A stretch of DNA of 64,000 bases. Source: an uncultured Dorea sp. Lineage in GTDB: Bacteria > Bacillota > Clostridia > Lachnospirales > Lachnospiraceae. The stretch covers positions 302 through 64,301 of the forward strand of contig CAJTQA010000011.1 in the NCBI GenBank assembly GCA_910578455.1. The letters run 5' to 3'. The translations under genes were made by a program, and so were the position numbers. How positions within the stretch are numbered: position 1 is the first letter of the stretch; each line of letters begins with the position of its first letter. This document shows, in pieces, positions 1 to 9,852 of the stretch. The notes below the pieces were generated by a model, which was given only the letters and a program-made list of their open reading frames with translations, was not told the origin of the DNA and did not search any database.

Positions 1-61
1 AAAAATACAGGCTTTTCAAGGCCTGTAGCTATTTTTTTGATATTAGACTGTCAAACTCCCG
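1..61. mobile_element. Possible end of an insertion sequence continuing left of the window
   Basis: The minus-strand ORF 43..216 runs into CGGGAGTTTGACAGTCTA and stops there. The sequence resembles clostridial IS termini as I recall them; no transposase is visible in the window. Confidence 0.35.
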
Positions 62-216
62 TCAATACGAGTCTTTAATTTTTGCCACACTTTATCTTTC
101 TGTCCGTCCGACAGTTCTTCCGTCTCAGAGCGCTGCACCCTCTCCTCTATCTCATCTGCCTCCCGGTACAGATTTTCCCTGATTATCTCTTCAAACTCGT
201 CTCTTTTATTTGCCAT
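43..216 (-). pseudogene. Truncated N-terminus (57 aa) of a probable anti-sigma-like membrane protein
   Basis: RBS AAGGGGAG then ATG at 216; reads MANKRDEFEEIIRENLYREADEIEERVQ...KTRIDGSLTV*. It is an acidic helical segment that ends at the putative IS end. Below the ORF-track cutoff. Confidence 0.45.
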
Positions 217-258
217 CCTTCGCTCCCCTTAAAAACAAGTAATTGTATCATTTCTTTC

Positions 259-286
259 TTGACCAAATCTCTTACAATCGTATAAT
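259..286 (+). promoter_or_regulatory. Sigma-A type promoter for murG
   Basis: TTGACC-16 nt-TATAAT upstream of murG. Confidence 0.55.
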
Positions 287-351
287 ATATATTATATAAC
301 GGAACGGGCGGACTTTGTCCGTTAATGTATTATTTATCCTGGGAGGTTTCT

Positions 352-1413
352 ATGAAACGTATTATCTTAACAGGCGGCGGCACCGCCGGACACGTCACAC
401 CTAATATTGCCTTGCTGCCGCGTCTTAAGGAATTGCACTATGACGTCCACTACATCGGCTCTTATAATGGCATTGAAAAAGAATTGATTGACCAGTTTGC
501 CATACCTTACCACGGAATCGCCACAGGCAAGCTGCGCCGCTATTTCAGCGTCCAGAACTTCACCGACCCTTTCCGTGTCCTCAAGGGCATGAATGAGGCC
601 AAGAAACTGGTAAAGCTCCTAAAGCCCGACGTTATCTTTTCCAAGGGTGGATTCGTGTCGGTTCCCGTTGTGCTTGCCGGAAAAAGATGCCGTGTTCCTG
701 TCATCATACACGAGTCGGATATGACTCCGGGCCTTGCCAATAAGCTGTCTATGTCCGCAGCCAAAAAGATATGCTGCAATTTCCCTGAGACACTGGACTA
801 TCTCCCTGCGGGAAAGGCTATCCTTACAGGCTCCCCCATCCGCCAGGAGCTTTTATCCGGCGATCCATACAAGGCAAGGGATTTTCTTGGATTTACCTCT
901 GATAAGCCTGTCATACTCATCGTAGGCGGCAGCCTCGGCGCGGCCTCAGTCAACAGCGCCGTCCGAAAAGTCCTGCCGGAGCTTTTGAATTCCTACCAGG
1001 TCATCCATCTGTGCGGACGCGGCAAACTTGACAGCTCTCTGAACAGTACGCCAGGATACGCACAGTTCGAATATATCAAAGATGAGCTAAAAGACTTCTT
1101 TGCCCTTACAGACATCGTGATATCCCGTGCCGGAGCAAACGCAATCTGTGAGCTGCTTGCCCTGCACAAGCCAAACCTCCTCATACCGCTGTCGGCAAAC
1201 GCAAGCCGCGGAGATCAGATCCTCAACGCACGTTCTTTTGAACGCCAGGGATTCAGTATGGTCTTAGAAGAAGAATCCGTAACGGATCAGTCTCTTCTGA
1301 ATGCCGTCAACAGCCTGTATGAAAACCGCGAGCAGTACATCCGGGCGATGAAAGCGTCCTCTCAGCAAAGCTCTATCGACACGATCATCGAACTTATCGA
1401 ATCTTTTACATAA
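352..1413 (+). CDS. murG: UDP-GlcNAc:lipid I N-acetylglucosaminyl transferase
   Basis: GGGTAGH, KGGFVS, HESD, GGSLGA and SRAGA motifs; GGAGG RBS before ATG 352. Confidence 0.97.
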   Translation: MKRIILTGGGTAGHVTPNIALLPRLKELHYDVHYIGSYNGIEKELIDQFAIPYHGIATGKLRRYFSVQNFTDPFRVLKGMNEAKKLVKLLKPDVIFSKGGFVSVPVVLAGKRCRVPVIIHESDMTPGLANKLSMSAAKKICCNFPETLDYLPAGKAILTGSPIRQELLSGDPYKARDFLGFTSDKPVILIVGGSLGAASVNSAVRKVLPELLNSYQVIHLCGRGKLDSSLNSTPGYAQFEYIKDELKDFFALTDIVISRAGANAICELLALHKPNLLIPLSANASRGDQILNARSFERQGFSMVLEEESVTDQSLLNAVNSLYENREQYIRAMKASSQQSSIDTIIELIESFT

Positions 1414-1456
1414 ACCTCACTGCCATCACAGCATACATAATATTTATTATAAATAA

Positions 1457-1476
1457 AAGGTGCCAAAAAGCACCTT
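1457..1476. terminator. Hairpin between convergent genes
   Basis: AAGGTGC-CAAAAA-GCACCTT with AT-rich flanks. Confidence 0.5.
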
Positions 1477-1480
1477 CTAT

Positions 1481-2074
1481 TTATGTATTCCTAAGACGGT
1501 CATACTCTTCTTTGTATCTTTCCTGTATCCATTTTCTCGCTCGGTATAACATGCCGTGCAGCTGTTCCAGCGACATCCCCATTATCTTTGCAACCTCTTT
1601 CTGAGGTTTCTCCAGAAGATATGCTATCGTAACTGCCTCATACCAGCGCACGCTCTTTTTGTATAAATCTTCGAAAACCGTTTCCATAAGAACATTGCAT
1701 TCACTTTTTCTCAAAGCAGCAATAAAGTCATCTTCCAGGCTGTCCGATGCAAGAAGTTCGCTATTGTCATCAAAGGTCTCCAATACCGCGGTTTCATACC
1801 AGCTGTCTCTTTTATAGTTACGTGTCATATTTTTGGCTGTCGTGACCAACCACGCCCTGATTGCCTCTGTCTTAATATTTTCCCTGTTAATGTACAACTT
1901 CATGAATACTTCCTGCATAATCTCCTCTGCTACATTTCTGTCTTCAGAGTGATACAATATTATCCGATAAACTAAAGACGCATACTCTCCGTAAATCTCA
2001 TCAAAATTCATGCCACTAACAGAATCCACTGCCTCTTTATCCTCTTCGTAAAAACTCATATCGCCAAAAACCAC
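1481..2074 (-). CDS. ECF-type RNA polymerase sigma factor
   Basis: Region 2 (AEEIMQEVF..AWL) and region 4 (KEVAKIMGMS..LYRARK); start codon uncertain. Confidence 0.88.
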   Translation of the reverse strand: MVFGDMSFYEEDKEAVDSVSGMNFDEIYGEYASLVYRIILYHSEDRNVAEEIMQEVFMKLYINRENIKTEAIRAWLVTTAKNMTRNYKRDSWYETAVLETFDDNSELLASDSLEDDFIAALRKSECNVLMETVFEDLYKKSVRWYEAVTIAYLLEKPQKEVAKIMGMSLEQLHGMLYRARKWIQERYKEEYDRLRNT

Positions 2075-2085
2075 ACATTTAAAGC

Positions 2086-2490
2086 CTACAGCTTTGACAG
2101 TATGTATTCCCTGTCCTCTTCCGTCAGCTCATTCAGTTTCCATCCCAGCCCTACGTCATCTCCTTTGTATCTCGGAATCATGTGCAGATGGTAATGGAAT
2201 ACTGTCTGCCCTGCACATTCCCCGTTGTTCTGCACTATGTTGTATCCATCACAGCCCAGTATGTCCGTTAATTTTGCAATCATCTTCTTGGCAAGGATCA
2301 TCGCCTTCCCTGCCACGCTGTCATCCAGCTCATACAAGTCTGCATAGTGCTCCTTCGGGATTATGAGAGCATGTCCTTTCGATGCCGGATTTGCGTCCAG
2401 TATTACCCGGAAATCTTCGTCCTCATACAGAGTCGCCGTCGGGATATCACCGTTGGCCAGTTTGCAGAAAATACAGTCATTATCTTTCAT
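2086..2490 (-). CDS. HIT family protein
   Basis: CIFC, GHALIIPK and HYHLHMI histidine triad. Confidence 0.95.
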   Translation of the reverse strand: MKDNDCIFCKLANGDIPTATLYEDEDFRVILDANPASKGHALIIPKEHYADLYELDDSVAGKAMILAKKMIAKLTDILGCDGYNIVQNNGECAGQTVFHYHLHMIPRYKGDDVGLGWKLNELTEEDREYILSKL

Positions 2491-2578
2491 ATCCTACTCC
2501 CTTCCCAAAAAACTTTTAATTTTGAATTGATTATTTTAGCCGCCAATGCTACACTTTCTATGAAAGGCGGTAATTACT

Positions 2579-3346
2579 ATGTTTTCAGAATCAGATTTCG
2601 ACAGGTTACGCCAGATAATGGAAGAAAGTCCTGAAAAACAGGAGCTTTTACAGCGACTTCTTGATTCACACCAGATGACAATCAGTGCAATCAGCCACGA
2701 AATACGTAATCCGCTGACACTAATCTACAGCAATCTGCAGCTTATCTCCTCACAGCATCCGGACATTTCCGGATATAAGCAGTGGAATCAGCTTATGCAG
2801 GATGTAGAGTACACAAATTCTTTGCTGGAGGAGCTGTCTGCCTATAATAACAGCTGTCGGTTAAATCCCTCACCAATCGACGCATCTTCATTCTTCAGGG
2901 CAATAGCCCTCTCTTTCGCAGTATCGATATCTAATGCCGGGATAGAATTCACTTCCCGCATCACTCCAGGACTCCCTGAAGTGCACTGCGACACTGTAAA
3001 AATGAGGCAGGCTCTATTAAACCTACTGCAAAATGCCCGCGACGGGGCGCTGCAGCAAGATGCCCGAAAGGCCAAGATACGCCTGGAGGTCTTCGAATCC
3101 GGCCAGAGCAGCCATCTCCCGCCATCCATATACGTCAAAGTCATTGACAACGGATGCGGAATCCCTCCTGAGCACATGGAACATATCTTCCAGCCGTTTG
3201 TTACATATAAATCCGGCGGAACAGGACTCGGGCTTGCAATCACAGAACGCATTGCCCGCTCCCACGGAGGTTCCCTCTCGGCATCATCCGTTCCAGGCGA
3301 ACTGACTGTGTTTACGCTTACGTTTCCGATACAAAACCACGGATAA
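2579..3346 (+). CDS. Cytoplasmic histidine kinase without a sensor domain
   Basis: H-box SHEIRNPL, N-box NLLQNA, G1 DNGCGI, G2 GTGLGL. Confidence 0.93.
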   Translation: MFSESDFDRLRQIMEESPEKQELLQRLLDSHQMTISAISHEIRNPLTLIYSNLQLISSQHPDISGYKQWNQLMQDVEYTNSLLEELSAYNNSCRLNPSPIDASSFFRAIALSFAVSISNAGIEFTSRITPGLPEVHCDTVKMRQALLNLLQNARDGALQQDARKAKIRLEVFESGQSSHLPPSIYVKVIDNGCGIPPEHMEHIFQPFVTYKSGGTGLGLAITERIARSHGGSLSASSVPGELTVFTLTFPIQNHG

Positions 3347-3919
3347 GATAAATCCTGACAGCAGCCCGCCAACGTGGGCTGCATTGTCTACCCCGGCGCT
3401 TGTAAAACCATAGTACAGCATGAGCAGCACCATAAACGCCAGCCTCTTTCCCGCAGAGCTGCCTATCTCGTCACGGCTGCGGACCGCAACATAGAAAAGC
3501 GCGCCGATCAATGCAAAGACAGCTCCTGACGCGCCGGCGGACACAGCATAGTTCCCTGAATAGATGTCCCACAGGGCAGATGCTATGCTCCCGCACAGGC
3601 CGCCTGCAAGATAGACAAAAAGGTATTTTATCTTCCCAAGCTCTGTCTCCAGCCTGCTTCCGACGATTAAAAGCACCACCATATTATTCATCAAATGATC
3701 AAAACCAAAATGCAGGAACATGCTCGTGAACAGGCGGTAATATTCTCCCTGCTCCACAGCCCGCGGCACATACATCGCCCCGTGGGCAAGCATATATTCC
3801 GCATCTTCTGTCATTCCCCGCAAAGACAAAGCCAGAAATACAATAACGTTTGCCGCCGCAATCGCCGCCGTCACCTGATATGCTTTTTTTCTATTTCCGT
3901 ATCCATCCTGAACTTTCAT
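3284..3919 (-). CDS. Rhomboid family intramembrane serine protease
   Basis: HLMNN, GASG and AHVGG motifs; several TM segments. Confidence 0.93.
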   Translation of the reverse strand: MKVQDGYGNRKKAYQVTAAIAAANVIVFLALSLRGMTEDAEYMLAHGAMYVPRAVEQGEYYRLFTSMFLHFGFDHLMNNMVVLLIVGSRLETELGKIKYLFVYLAGGLCGSIASALWDIYSGNYAVSAGASGAVFALIGALFYVAVRSRDEIGSSAGKRLAFMVLLMLYYGFTSAGVDNAAHVGGLLSGFILSVVLYRKRKRKHSQFAWNG

Positions 3920-3948
3920 ATATCAACATTTCCGCCGTTCCTGGCATG

Positions 3949-5421
3949 CTATTCTTCATCTTCCAGCGCCCTGAGCTGCCTGTTTCGCCGAATCAGCATC
4001 ACAATAAATGCTGCAATAAGCCCTGCCAGCAAAACCGATGCTCCTGCCAGCAGCCATAAGTCTGTCCTGCTCTTTTCATCCAGACCCAGGGCTTTCCATA
4101 TCTTCGATATCGCGGGAACGGATAAAAGGCCCTGTTTCTTCTCTTCCTCTGTCTTCCCGGGAAGTTCTTCCCTGTCTTCTTCCTGCTCCCCCTGGGAACT
4201 CTCAAGCTGCTCTTTTCTGTAGGACTCACTGAGTTTCACCCTGGCAGCGCCTACATAAGTTCCCTGATACGTATAAGTCAGGGTCGCAGTATCTGCCACC
4301 CCTCCGTCCATCGTGATCTCCTTGTCGAGGTCTGCGAACGTAATCCCTTGCGGGAGGACAACATAATTCTCTCCCTCCAGGAATTCTGCAATCTCTTCTG
4401 ATTGTTCCGCCTCTTCCACGTTCACCTTGTAAAAGTTCTTAAAGGCATATTTTAAGAGATTCCTTGTATCGGGATACACATTCTTGCCGTATGTCCTGAG
4501 CACGACGCATACGACCTGCATATCTTTCTTCTGCCCCATCGTAATAAGGGTTGAGCGGGCGTCTGAGGTAAATCCTGTCTTCCCGCCAATTACGTTTTTA
4601 TAATAGTTCTCGTTCTCCGGGCGCAGCATCTTATCTTTCTGCTGGAATACATGCTCCTCCACTGTCTTTGACTTCGGAATTTTGTACTCAAGCGTCTGCA
4701 CAATCTCAAAAAATTCCGGATGCTTGAAAAGTTCACGCCCAATCAGCGCCATATCCCTGGCACATGTATAGTGATCTTTATGGTGGAGCCCATTCGTATT
4801 GACAAAGTTAGAGTTCACGCCTCCTAGTTCTCTTGCCCTTGTATTCATCTGGCTTATGAACCAGTTATAGTCATACCCTGCGTTCTTCCCCACGTTCTCC
4901 GCCACGGCATACGCCGCCTCGTTCGCAGAGGCCAGAAGCGTCGCATACAGCGCCTGCTCCAGCGTTATGACATTGCCTTCCTTAAGCCCTACCGAGGAAT
5001 CCCCGGGCTGCAGAAACGACACGCTGTCATGGGAAAATGCCACTGTATCCGTAAATGCCCCGTTCTCAAGCGCAACCAGGGCGGTAAGCACTTTTGTAAT
5101 ACTGGCAGGGAATTGTTTTGCATCTATATTCTTGGCATAGAGGACAGCTCCCGTAGAAACTTCCATGACAATCGCAGACTCCCCATAGGTTCCCGGGCCT
5201 TCCGCCCATCCTTCCCATCCATTGGATTCTGTCGGAATCTTATAAGCTTTCTCAAGCTCCTCTTTTGCTTTTTTTTCTTCCTCTGTCAGTTCTTTCTCTT
5301 TTTCCGTCTTCTTTTTACTATCACCAGTTTGTGCGGCATCCGCCGCAACTGCTGTCGCTCCTAGATTTATGCATAGCATTAACACCAGCATAAATGCCAG
5401 TTTTCGACATCTTTTTATCAA
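3949..5421 (-). CDS. D-alanyl-D-alanine carboxypeptidase (peptidase S11)
   Basis: SITK, SAN and KTG motifs; signal peptide; C-terminal TM anchor. Confidence 0.93.
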   Translation of the reverse strand: MIKRCRKLAFMLVLMLCINLGATAVAADAAQTGDSKKKTEKEKELTEEEKKAKEELEKAYKIPTESNGWEGWAEGPGTYGESAIVMEVSTGAVLYAKNIDAKQFPASITKVLTALVALENGAFTDTVAFSHDSVSFLQPGDSSVGLKEGNVITLEQALYATLLASANEAAYAVAENVGKNAGYDYNWFISQMNTRARELGGVNSNFVNTNGLHHKDHYTCARDMALIGRELFKHPEFFEIVQTLEYKIPKSKTVEEHVFQQKDKMLRPENENYYKNVIGGKTGFTSDARSTLITMGQKKDMQVVCVVLRTYGKNVYPDTRNLLKYAFKNFYKVNVEEAEQSEEIAEFLEGENYVVLPQGITFADLDKEITMDGGVADTATLTYTYQGTYVGAARVKLSESYRKEQLESSQGEQEEDREELPGKTEEEKKQGLLSVPAISKIWKALGLDEKSRTDLWLLAGASVLLAGLIAAFIVMLIRRNRQLRALEDEE

Positions 5422-5450
5422 ACTTACAGCCTCCTAAATGCAGCTTTCGG

Positions 5451-5798
5451 TTAAAGTTCCCTAACCGCAGCTACCGTCTTCTCATATGCTTCTGTAATCT
5501 GAGCCATCAGCTCCTCCGAGCCTTCCATACTGCCGCCGCGCAGAATATCAGCAAGCATGCTGCCCGGCTCGTACAGTGTCACGAATCCCAGATTCTGTGC
5601 TACTCCTTTTAAAGTATGAGCGGCACGGAACGCCTCTTCAACGTTTCCTTCTGCCAGGTTATCCTTTAAGCTCTGATAGCTACCGTCTTCTAAAAATTTC
5701 TTGGCGAACTTCACGACCAGCGATTCTTTACGCATCATGCGTCCCAGCACTCCTTCATAGTCGCCGCCAATCATATCATAGCATTCCTTTGTCGTCAT
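5451..5798 (-). CDS. Hpt phosphotransfer protein
   Basis: AHTLKG motif in a small helical protein. Confidence 0.92.
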   Translation of the reverse strand: MTTKECYDMIGGDYEGVLGRMMRKESLVVKFAKKFLEDGSYQSLKDNLAEGNVEEAFRAAHTLKGVAQNLGFVTLYEPGSMLADILRGGSMEGSEELMAQITEAYEKTVAAVREL

Positions 5799-5802
5799 AA
5801 TT

Positions 5803-7872
5803 CTATTCCTCCCCGTCTATTGAAGATATTGCCGACAATACTTCTTTCATCGAATCGTCGTAGAAGAAGTACTGTGCCCTCCCATTCTTCTTCGCATTGT
5901 AAAGAGCCCAGTCCGCACAGTTAAACAGCACTTCATACGCATGCCCTACTTCTTTGCTTCTTGCGATTCCCATGCTTATCGTAATGTCAAACCCTTCGTA
6001 CGTGCCGGATAATGCATGGAAGATACGGTCAATGATTCCTTCTATGTCCTTGCGGTCCTCCATGAAGATCATGAACTCATCACCGCCTACTCTCGCCGTG
6101 ATATCATATTTACGGGTACTGCTGAGAAGTCTTTCTGCAATATGCTTAAGAACCTTATCCCCAAACATATGGCCGCATCTGTCATTGGCATTTTTAAAAT
6201 AATCAATATCAAAAATTACTATGATGTAATCCCTGTCTTTTTCTTCCAATAACTTCTCTCTTACGATCATCTCCGCATGGGAGTGGTTAAGAAGCCCTGT
6301 CAGTCCGTCATGGGATGCTTTGCGCTGCAGCTCTTCAAGTTTCGCATGCTCTTTGTGCATATCTATAATCTTTCCGATACAGCCAGTCATCACCGGAGTC
6401 TCCTCCGAACTCCACATGCTCCGGCAGATTACCCTGCTCCAGCACCATTCCCCGTTAATGAGAACTTCCCCGTCGCACTGCACAATCGGTTTTTCCGGCG
6501 TGGATTCATATATGAGCGCCTTAATCTCTTCCACCATCTTCTCGTTGGAAATCATGCTTACCCGCTTATCCTCCTGAGGATTTATGATTATCTCATCAAG
6601 CCCCAGCATCCTGGCTCCTATTTCAGACAAGGTGAACATAGGCGGCTCGCTCGTATATTCAAACTGAATATCCTGGGATAAAGATGCAAAAAACTGGTAC
6701 TTTGTCCTCTCATGCTCCAGAAGTTTCAAAGTCCGTTCCGATGCCGATATCTCATCATATTCTAATAAACTCTCCGCGATATTCCTTGTATTGCGTTCGC
6801 TCTCCTGCTTAATAGAATTCTGCCGGAGCTGATCCCGGATTGTCTCGCTCTCCTCGGCAAGGCACTCCAAAAGCAGCGGATTAAACGTACCGCATTCTCC
6901 GTTCACAATCATCTCAAGCGCTTTCTCATGGGTGAACGCCGGCTTATATACGCGGACACTGGTCAGGGCATCATAGACATCCGCCAGCGCCACAATCTGT
7001 GCTGATATCGGTATCTCTTCCCCTTTAAGCCCGTCCGGATACCCCCTGCCGTCATATCTCTCATGATGCCAGCGGCAAATCTGATATGCCATCTTCGTCA
7101 AGGCTTCTTCCCTATAATAGGGAATCTGATCCAGCATCTCAGCACCCGCCAGGGTATGCGTCTTCATAATCTCAAACTCTTCTTTCGTGAGCTTTCCCGG
7201 TTTGTTAAGTATCTCTCCCGGAATCGCAATCTTCCCGACATCATGCAGTGCAGATGCCGTACTGATCAGAAAAACATCCGAACGTTTCAGGTTATATTTA
7301 TCCGTCTTCTTCATAAGACGTCTCAGAAGAATCTCCGTCAGCATATTGATATGCAGGACATGAAGCCCGCTCTCCCCATTGCGGAATTCAACAATATGGC
7401 TCAGGATCGATATCATCAGGCTGTTGCTTTTTTCTTTCTCATATATCTGATCCGCGACAAGCTCCACGAGTTTTTTCTGTTTTGCATAAAGCATGATCGT
7501 ATTGATCACCCTGCGGTGTACGACCATGCCGTCAAACGGCCTGTTGATAAAATCCGTCACGCCAAGCTCATACGCCCGCTCCACATAAGAATATGAATTC
7601 TCTGCCGATATCATGATTACAGGAATGTCCTGAATCCAGTCACGCTTGTTCATGACCTCAAGAACCTCAAATCCATCCATGTTCGGCATCACGATATCCA
7701 GTAGCATCAAGGAAATATCCGTGCTGTCTATATTCAGTCTCGCAACCGCCTCAGTACCGTCAACAGCTTCAATTATCTCATATTCCTCTCCCAGCATGTC
7801 TGCCAGGATTGAACGATTCATCTCCGAGTCATCAACAATCAAAATCTTCTGCTTTTCATTTCTAGTATCCAT
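5803..7872 (-). CDS. Response regulator with HD-GYP and GGDEF domains
   Basis: REC (VDDS, LDIVMP), HDVGK..HHERYDGRGYP, and RKYD..RVGGDEF. Confidence 0.93.
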   Translation of the reverse strand: MDTRNEKQKILIVDDSEMNRSILADMLGEEYEIIEAVDGTEAVARLNIDSTDISLMLLDIVMPNMDGFEVLEVMNKRDWIQDIPVIMISAENSYSYVERAYELGVTDFINRPFDGMVVHRRVINTIMLYAKQKKLVELVADQIYEKEKSNSLMISILSHIVEFRNGESGLHVLHINMLTEILLRRLMKKTDKYNLKRSDVFLISTASALHDVGKIAIPGEILNKPGKLTKEEFEIMKTHTLAGAEMLDQIPYYREEALTKMAYQICRWHHERYDGRGYPDGLKGEEIPISAQIVALADVYDALTSVRVYKPAFTHEKALEMIVNGECGTFNPLLLECLAEESETIRDQLRQNSIKQESERNTRNIAESLLEYDEISASERTLKLLEHERTKYQFFASLSQDIQFEYTSEPPMFTLSEIGARMLGLDEIIINPQEDKRVSMISNEKMVEEIKALIYESTPEKPIVQCDGEVLINGEWCWSRVICRSMWSSEETPVMTGCIGKIIDMHKEHAKLEELQRKASHDGLTGLLNHSHAEMIVREKLLEEKDRDYIIVIFDIDYFKNANDRCGHMFGDKVLKHIAERLLSSTRKYDITARVGGDEFMIFMEDRKDIEGIIDRIFHALSGTYEGFDITISMGIARSKEVGHAYEVLFNCADWALYNAKKNGRAQYFFYDDSMKEVLSAISSIDGEE

Positions 7873-8032
7873 TGGGTATCCTTTTTAATATCCTTTCTAC
7901 ATAACTGGCGATTACACTGTTATTTTCAGTATACTAATATCATTTGGGGATGTCAAGCAATTAAATGCCAAAAACGGGTTTCATCCAGGGGCTGTGGCAG
8001 ACGGGCCAATCAATAATAGCCATACTATACAC

Positions 8033-8066
8033 AGGAGCAGCGATATACCCCGCTGCTCCCTTTTTG
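8033..8066. terminator. GC-rich hairpin downstream of the two small genes
   Basis: GGAGCAGCG...CGCTGCTCC stem. Confidence 0.5.
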
Positions 8067-8068
8067 CC

Positions 8069-8260
8069 CTATGCCTGATTGTCCATCTTCACTGTATCGT
8101 CGGCGTACAGTTCGGATATCAGATCTTCGAGGTCTTGCTGCTCTCTTTTCATTTTGTGGTATTTCCATGCAAATGCCGCGATAACAGCAACCAGCACGAT
8201 CAATGCAATAAGATCCCACCAGCAAAACCCCAATCTGGTATGCTCTAAAATATATGCCAT
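8069..8260 (-). CDS. Small single-TM membrane protein
   Basis: GGAGG RBS; LG..WDL motif, TM helix and charged tail. Confidence 0.8.
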   Translation of the reverse strand: MAYILEHTRLGFCWWDLIALIVLVAVIAAFAWKYHKMKREQQDLEDLISELYADDTVKMDNQA

Positions 8261-8281
8261 AATGCATCCTCCTTCTTATTC

Positions 8282-8488
8282 TTATGCCTGCACAGACTCT
8301 ACAGCTTCTTTGTTCATCTGCTCCAATTTTTTCTGCAGCTCCTCGTTGAAATCATCCTCCCGTTTTTTCTGGTTACGGCTGTGTACGATAAGTACGGCAG
8401 CCGTGACTATTGCTACCAGAAGCGCCGGCAGATCCCAGAGGTGCATGCCTAATGTATGATGTAAATATTCATATAAATTATACAGCAT
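8282..8488 (-). CDS. Small single-TM membrane protein, paralog-like to 8069..8260
   Basis: GGAGG RBS; LG..WDL motif, TM helix and charged tail. Confidence 0.8.
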   Translation of the reverse strand: MLYNLYEYLHHTLGMHLWDLPALLVAIVTAAVLIVHSRNQKKREDDFNEELQKKLEQMNKEAVESVQA

Positions 8489-8524
8489 CTGTCTTTCCTC
8501 CTTTTTCCTGTAATCTGTTTTCGA

Positions 8525-9592
8525 TTATCTGTCAAGCCCCAAACGCCTTCTGGGAGACTCCGTCTCAAATTCATCTCTCAGCTTTGCAACTCTTGCCTGC
8601 TGTCTCTTCATGCTCTTCGTATAGAATACATACACAAGCAATGCTAACATCATCAGCAGGAAGTGCATGATACAGCAGAGATGCCCGGCAAGCTCCCGGT
8701 TTGCCAGCGGAACTTCTTCATCCATTACCGGCACTACATCCACTCCGCCGTCACCTTCGGGAACAATAGCCGCTCCCGGTACCGGTGCTGCCGGTTCTAA
8801 TGGTACTAAAGATACTGCCGGCACTGCCGTATAGACGACAGTAAACTCAACATCTCTTGCCGGCATTCCCTTCACGTCACTTCTTACAAATCTGTAATCC
8901 GGCGCGTAACCCTCAATCTCTGGAGAATTGAACGGTCCGAAGGCCTCTCCCGCCAGATACTGTCCCGTGACATCCGGCGCTGCTATGCCGCCTGCCGCGT
9001 ATACATAGTGAATCATCAAGTTATAGATATTCTCTACATTTCTGCCTTCCGTTTCGTCTTCCTTCGGCTCCGGTTCCGGATCTTCCGGAGCAGGCGTCGT
9101 TCCGTTTGCTGCTGCCGCGTTTCTGATTGTTGCATTTGCGTCCGCTCTTTCTATCACATAGCTGCAGTTCAATGTCACAGCCTCTCCTACAGGAAGATTT
9201 TCAATCATTTACAAGCACTGCATGAACTTCCGCCCCGTCCGGCAATGCACCTTTTGGAGCACTCACGGTAATCTTTGCCCCGTCTGACGCAGTTTTTGTT
9301 AATTTCTGCGCCGATCTTTCTTCTACGGTTTCTCTCTCCGCCGGCTCCTCGCTTTCGGAGCTTTCTTCTCTTTCCGTTTCCTCTTCTTCCTCAGTCATTT
9401 CTTCAGCGTCAGGACCCTCTTCAGCTGCTTTTCCTTCTTCCCCTCTTCCCCCGCGCCGTCATCCTTGTTCTCGGCCGGCTCTTCCGTTTCTTCTGCCGCC
9501 TGCAGAAAACCATCCGATGAAAACAGGCATGTTGACGCTGCCAGTATGACTGCCAGCAGCAATGCTGCCCAACGCTTGATGTTCTTTTTCAT
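8525..9592 (-). pseudogene. Fragmented cell-surface protein (signal peptide, acidic linker, Ig/MucBP-like domains, DEEVPLA-TM anchor)
   Basis: RBS and signal peptide MKKNIKRWAALLLAV at 9592. The frame changes at ~9445 (alternate frame EEGKAAEEGPDAEEMTE) and again at ~9205, where the domain switches abruptly. MucBP-like segment YNLMIHYV..SPEIEGY..FTVVY. Confidence 0.75.
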
Positions 9593-9852
9593 AACTGCTC
9601 TCCTTTCGTACTTCCGCACATGGACTTTCCTCATTTTTATCTCATGTCCTTATCTTCTCAAACAATAAAATCTGAAATATTTCCACACTTCTGAAATTTT
9701 GCTTTCATTTTAAAAGAGAGTCTGAGACAGAAAAAAGGTCCACAAATCAGAAAAATTTTTATTTTTCACTCATAAATGCAAAAAATTTATCCTTATTCAG
9801 AAATCTATGTTATACTGTACCTGACTGTAAGATAATCGGGAGGATATTATCC

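Noticed and set aside
7873..8068. c-di-GMP riboswitch near the c-di-GMP genes
   Set aside because: I could not find the GEMM-type conserved elements here or in 9600-9850; an Infernal/Rfam scan would be decisive
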